From contig NC_043005.1 in assembly GCF_006345805.1 (NCBI RefSeq), forward strand, positions 75,082,001 to 75,146,000: 64,000 bases of DNA. Direction: 5' to 3'. Below, in pieces: positions 54,201-61,200 of the stretch. The position numbers and the translations under genes were made by a program. This stretch comes from Octopus sinensis. Lineage: Eukaryota. The notes under the pieces were generated by a model. The model was not told the origin of the DNA, ran no database searches, and worked only from the letters and a program-made list of their open reading frames with translations. Within the stretch, counting starts at the first letter, position 1; every line of letters starts with the position of its first letter.

Positions 54201-57200
54201 CAACAACAATTCCTACAACCACACCTCTGCTCACAAGTAAGTGAAAATATTCATTGCTTAATATATATTAATCTCAAGGCAGAATCGTTAGCACACCTGG
54301 CAAAATGTTTCATGGCATTTCCTCTGCCTTTACGTTCTGAATTCATATTCCACCGGGGTCAACTTTGCCTTTTGTTTGTTTGAGGTCGATAAAATAAGTG
54401 CCAGTTGAGAACTGGGGTTGATTTAATCAACTTAGCCTGTGTCCCAAACCTGCTGGGCTTGTGCCAAAATTTGAAACCAATATATATTAGACCCAATAAA
54501 TATTGATTTATGATAATATATGACATTTTTTGTTTCCTTTCCATTCTAGCCACACCTATTCCAACAACAACACTGCAACCCACAACACAAACAGGTAAAG
54601 TCTTTCTCATTCAAAGAAATATTGATACTCTTGGAAATTGTAATGAGACTCATAATAATAATGGTGTTTTGCTGCTTGTTTTAACTTATTGATATTGTTT
54701 TCTAGAATCCTGGTGTGTATTCAATGATGGTTTGGAAGATGCCTCATTAATAAGGGCCTGGGGCATTAAATTGTCAAGCAATGATGAAAATCCAGATGTT
54801 ATTCGCCCTGGTTTCAAAGGCTGGAAACCTGATGCAAGTGATAAGAAGCTCACAGTAACAATGTTTGTTGGTGATGCTTTAAGATATGGTGCATCTATTC
54901 ATCTCTTACGATCTAAAGGTGTTGCAAAGTTTGATGTTATTCTCAGTGGTGGAGAGAATAAGAGATTTAAGGTGAGTTTTAATGTGTTCAATCTTTTAGA
55001 AAAGTTTATTACATCAAATCAGTTTTTGTAGCCAGTACAAGATGACACAATTATCCTGCTTTCAGCAATGAGAAACGACACACAATCACACTAATTTGGT
55101 GGTCATTTGTCAGAAAAAGACAACCACGTCACTTATGTTAACTTGTCATAAATTTGTGGTATTTTATATGATCTTACATTCATTATTTGCTTTCATGATC
55201 CTCTAATGTTAGGAAAGACTGATTACTATATAAATGAGAAAAACAATAAAGCACCTTTCACATAGCCCAGTGATTCTCAACTGGAGTCCATGTAACATTT
55301 TTCTGTTAACCCTTTAGCATTCGGATTATTCTGTCAAATGCAATGCTTATTATTTCTCATTGTTTTGAACTAATCCTATATTATCCTATAGCTTTGAGAT
55401 TTAAATGATGTGATTGTTTATTTTTAGAATGGCATTGTAAGTGAAGTGGGAGAGGCCAGATCTGGCCTGCTTGAAAGCAAAACAGGTCAGATAATTGGGC
55501 TGGATATGGCCGGTTTATGCAATAAATTGGTTATACTTGTACAATACACAAAATAGTTTAGCAATTTTTTAAATACAATTCTACACTCTCGGAGTGGTTG
55601 GCGTTAGGAAGGGCATCCAGCTGTAGAAACACTGCCAGATCTGACTGGACTGGTGCAGCTTTCGGGCTCCCCAGACCCCAGTTGAACCGTCCAACCCATG
55701 CTAGCATGGAAAGCGGACGTTAAATGATGATGATGAATTCCTAATAATATTTCATTATAAAAATATTATAATAGGATTTTATCAAACATCAACTGGTTAT
55801 GGAAATCCAGTAGAAAAAAATAGGGATCAAAGGATCCTTAGATAAAAAGTGGCTGAGATCTGTTGAAAGCAATTAGATTAAAAAATTGGGTTAAAAATAA
55901 ATTTTACAAAACCAGCAAGCAACAAGTATATTACCTGTTTACAGAATTTTCAACAGTTTAACCAGGTTTTATTTTGTTGTATTTTTATTGTTTCTTCAAA
56001 ATAATTTGTATAATCTGTTGAATGAAGCAATCAGATATAGCCTGATATGTTGTATCTCAGCACTAATTGAATCCAAATATATTAAAAGCTTAACAATAAG
56101 TCATGGAAAAACAGTCTATTATGCAAATCTCTCTATCTCTTTCACTGGAGTAATATTTTATCATCAAAACCTACCTTATCTTTCATTCTGTTGTATATCT
56201 AGAATAATGCAAAGGATGACATTGTTAAAATTCCATTTGGTACGACATCGACCTCAGTGAAAATCCACTTCAAAGCTGTCTCACCAAATCGCAGAATGCT
56301 GATCACAGTCTCTTTCAAAGGATGTTTTGAATTGCAGTGTAAGTCTGCATTGGCTTCTCTACAGTAAAATTCCTGGTCGTAAATCTCATAATTCTTTACA
56401 ATATTTACCCATTTGTTGACTGTTTAATGTAAAACAATCATGATTATAAAACAAATCGTATTGAATATTTAGAGATATTCGAATCATTATGCATGATGAT
56501 GAATATTTGCTTAATCATTGATCATTTACTGATTATAATATTAGTTACCAAGATTTTAAAATAAATTTTTGAAATATATATTAACAATAAGAATTTTCAA
56601 TTAAATATAATTTTACAAATTTTGCAAAACTAAAAATATTACTTTTCTTATTGGAATACTATTATATGAAATAACAAGAACTTTATTTTAGTTTCATTCC
56701 TACTATTAAATACTTTAAATTCTTGGATTTTGTTTTCTTATAATATAGTGTTCTGTTTGTATTTTACTCAAAATGTAAATGAAAACACAAAAATGTGTTT
56801 GTAGATAAACAATTTTCATAACTGTATGTAATATTCAAACTCCAGAGATATAGTTGCAGTTATTTCTATAAAGGGAAAAGCTGATCATTATCATCAGATT
56901 TTTTCTTTGTTCTCACAGCAACAACACCACTACCAACAACAACATTGATTCCTAGTTCTACACCTCTAGCAACAAGTATGTGATAAAATTCATTACTTCT
57001 ATAATTAAACTCAATAAAGTAATGGTTTATGTAACATTGTGAGTTGCTAAAATTGAAGAAGAATATTTTATGAAATAATGACTCTAAATTTATGAACTGT
57101 TGATGATAGCATATCTAATTGTTTTCTTTCCATTCCAGCCACAATTATTCCAACAACAACACTACAACCCACAACACAAACAGGTAAAGTCTTTCTTTTT

Positions 57201-57767
57201 CATAGAAATATCAATACTCTTGGAAATTGTAATAATATTCTTAATAATAATGGTGTTTTGTTGATTGCATCTTATTCATTGATATTGCTTTTTAGAATCC
57301 TGGTGTGTATTTAGCGATGGTTTGGAAGATCCCACATTAATAAGGGCCTGGAACATTAAATTGTCAAGCAATGATGAAAATCCAGATGATATTCGCCCTG
57401 GTTTTAAAGGATGGAAACCAGCTGCAAGTGATAATAAGCGCACAGTAACCATGTTTGTTGGTGATGCTTTAAGATATGGTGCATCTATTCATCTCTTACG
57501 ATCCAAAGGTGTTGCTAAGTTCGATGTTATTCTAAGTGGTGGAGAGAATAAGAGATTTAAGGTGAGTTCTATTTGTTGAAAAATATATTATCTCAGTAAA
57601 CTCATTATTTAAATAGATCTATTAATTATTCTATATTTCAACAAAGTTAGCTGTCATACCAGATATGGTTGTGTTTAAAACTGTCAGCCATGTAGGATAG
57701 AGAATATTTCCTCTGAATAGAAACATGGGCATGTATTTTCAACTATAGTCTTAGGATATCTATCTAT

Positions 57768-57801
<34 letters not shown>

Positions 57802-58099
57802 ATATATATATATATATATACCCTCTGGAAAAAGATGAACTGTGAACTTTATTCTCCTCTCTGTATTCTTCTATCTACTGTTACCCTTTATTCTTCTATT
57901 TTATTCCTTATAAACAGTGAATTTCCCTGTCTAGAAATTTCATAGATACTCATCTTGTCTCTGATGATGGAATACCCAGTGTATGGATATGGTGGCCTAT
58001 CACTTGGGATATCTCAGAAACAGCTTACCCTAATTAAATTATCACAAATGACTTGAGATACTCGTCCTTCCTTGGTTTTTGTTGCCCTTTTCCTCTACA

Positions 58100-58131
<32 letters not shown>

Positions 58132-58195
58132 ATATATATAACCCATGCTAGCATGGAGAACAGACGTTAAACGATGATGACGATGATGATGATGA

Positions 58196-58234
<39 letters not shown>

Positions 58235-61200
58235 ACAAATACTTTTCTCTGAAGCATACAGTTATTTAGCTCTAACACCAGGTTATTATTATCACTATGC
58301 CTAATAGAAATATTGGTTTCAAATTTTGGCACAAGTTCAGCAATATTGGGGGAGTGGGTAAGTCAGTTAGATTGATCCCCACTTATTTTATTAACTCCCA
58401 AGAACAAAAGGAAAAGTTGAGCTTTGCAGAATTTTAACTCAGAACAAGAAGACAGGCAAAATGTAGCTTAGAATTTTGCTCAGCATGCGAACAATTTTGC
58501 CTGCCCACTGTCTTGGCTAAAAATGAAATAAGGCTAATATAGGCATTTTTATTCCTAAAGATATCATTATTACCCACAACTAACTCTAAGTTGATAAAGC
58601 AATAATTTTCTTTATGTCATACTCATAAATAGCACAGATCTCTGACATAATACTGCTGTAATAATACTTTTTTAACTATGCTGTTCTCATCTCCAATTTC
58701 CTTATGTACCCAGAATAATGCAAAGGATGACATTGTTAAAATTCCATTCGGTACAACATCAAGCACAGTGAAAATCCATTTTAGAGCTGTTTCACCAAAT
58801 CGCAGAATGTTAATCACCGTATCTATTAAAGGATGTTTTGAATCATCATGTAAGTATACATTGGTTCAATACTCAAAAATATTTGGTCTAAATCTCATAA
58901 TTTTTTACAATATTTACTGACCTATAGACTGCTTGATGTAAAAGAATAATGATTATAAAGTGAATTATGTAAAATATGATAATTAATATGTAGTTATTGT
59001 ACATAATCATTCATCATTTCATGATTATAATATTAGTCATTTTTATAATTTATAATGGTTTTGGGTTCAGTGTCACAATGCTGCATCTTGAGTGTTTTCT
59101 GCTAAAGCCTCAAGCCAATCAAAGCCATGTGAGTGGATTTAATAAATGGAAAATAAAAGTTAGGAGCATATGTGTGTGTTACATTGTCATGATGTCATAT
59201 GACAGTTGCAAGTAAGCTTCATCATGCAAGTAGCATCATTAGTTTTCAGTCTTCCATGAAAACATATCCAGCCAAGCAGAATTAGAATCTTACTTTGAAA
59301 CAAGAAGTGGTTAGCTACAGGAAGAACACTCATTTATGGAAAATTTTTCTCAAAGGATTTCATTTGACCCAAAGACCTCCATTTGATCCATACAACATGG
59401 AAAAGTTGATATTAAAATGATAGCGATGATGATGATACGCTGTTGATGTGGTGTCACTCTTTCAGTTTAAAAAAAAGTACACTAGTTATCATAATATCTT
59501 TTCTTTGTTCTCATAGCGACAACTCCAGTTCCAACCACAACAATTCCTACAACCACACCTCTTCTAACCAGTAAGTGAAAATATTCATTAATTAGCATAT
59601 ATCAAGCTCGGTTAAAAAAAGTGGTTTTATGTAATATTTATGGTACAATTTAAAAGCAATTTTTTTATACACTAATAAATGTATGTCTATGAACAATGTA
59701 TGATGAATAATATATGATAATTTTTTTTTCATTTTCAATTCAGCAACACCTATTCCAACAACAACTCAGCAAATAACAACACAAACAGGTAAATTATTTC
59801 TCTTGGATAGAAGTATTACCATTCTTGAAAATTGTAATAATACTCATAAAAATAATGGTGTTTTGTTGATTGTGTTTTATTTATTGATATTATTTTCTAG
59901 AATCCTGGTGTGTATTCAATGATGGTTTGGAAGATCCATCATTAATAAGGGCCTGGAACATTAAATTGTCAAGCAATGATGAAAATCCAGATGTTATTCG
60001 CCCTGGTTTTAAAGGCTGGAAACCTGCTGCAAATGATAATAAGCGCATGGTAACAATGTTTGTTGGTGATGCTTTAAGATATGGTGCTTCTATTAATCTC
60101 TTACGATCCAAAGGTGTTGCAAAGTTTGATGTTATTCTCAGTGGTGGAGAGAATAAGAGATTTAAGGTGAGTTTAAATGAATTTAATTTTATTCTGATAA
60201 TATTATCTCAGTTGAAGCAGATCCATTGATCATTGTATATTTTTATGAATTTAGATATCATATAAAACACGTTGGTGTTGGAAACTAATTTCAAAGCCAT
60301 ATAGGACTGAGATCATGTATCATAATACAGTATGGATCTACACACACGTGCGCACGCGCGCACACACACATACACATCACCATCATCATCATCATCATCA
60401 TCTTTTAAAGTCCACTTTCCATGCTGGCATGGGTTGGGCTGTTTGACAGGAGATACCTTGCCAGAAGACTGCACTATGTTTCGCTGTCTGTTTTAACCTG
60501 GTTTTTATGGCTGGTTGCCTTTCCTAACACCAAATATGCTTTTTACATGACATTAGCACATGAAAGGTCAGTTTTTGGGCATGATTTTCACAGCTGGATT
60601 CCATTCCAAATGCTAACTAATTTACAGTGTGGACTGGATACTTTTTACATGGAATCAGCACTGGTAAGGCTGCCAAGTAACTTGGAAGACAAAGATTGGT
60701 GGAGGGGATCTTGTGCCATGTGATGAAAGGTTAGAGTTTGACACTGAGACAGAAACAGGAGTCTTGCTGTTGAGAGAGAGAGAGAGAGAGAGAGCAAGAG
60801 AAAGTAGGAAAAAGAGAGAGGGTAGCAAAGGGCCAGAGCATGCTCACAAAGAACAGGGATCAGAATATAAATGGGATGGTAGAGTAGAGCAAGGGAGAGA
60901 TAAATGGTGGCAAAGTACCAGGCTATAACCTCGGGATATGTGTGTCAGAATATAAATGGTAGGGTATTGCCAAGGGTGCGTAAATAGGGAGTAGAGACTT
61001 AACATGAATGTAAAGAGTGTGGAGTGGGGAATACAGTGACTGGTGAAACTTGGGCATATAGAAGGATGGGGGAAAACATGATAGCAATGATACAGTAAAC
61101 AAGGCAGTAAGGAGAGAATTGGGGAGCAAGAGTTAAGCATAGACATAGCATATGAACAGAGGAACACATAGTGCTTAGTGCTTCTAGAATTCAATTTTGG

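Noticed and set aside
19392-58860. Apparent conserved C-terminal CKY motif after GCFES
   Set aside because: It is the translation of T|gtaagtat, i.e. the splice donor read through into the intron.
12763-60111. Recurrent minus-strand ORFs (MNFLLFSPPLRITS.., MKDTVTIILQFGES..)
   Set aside because: These are antisense shadows of the duplicated + strand exons, with no independent splice or coding signal.
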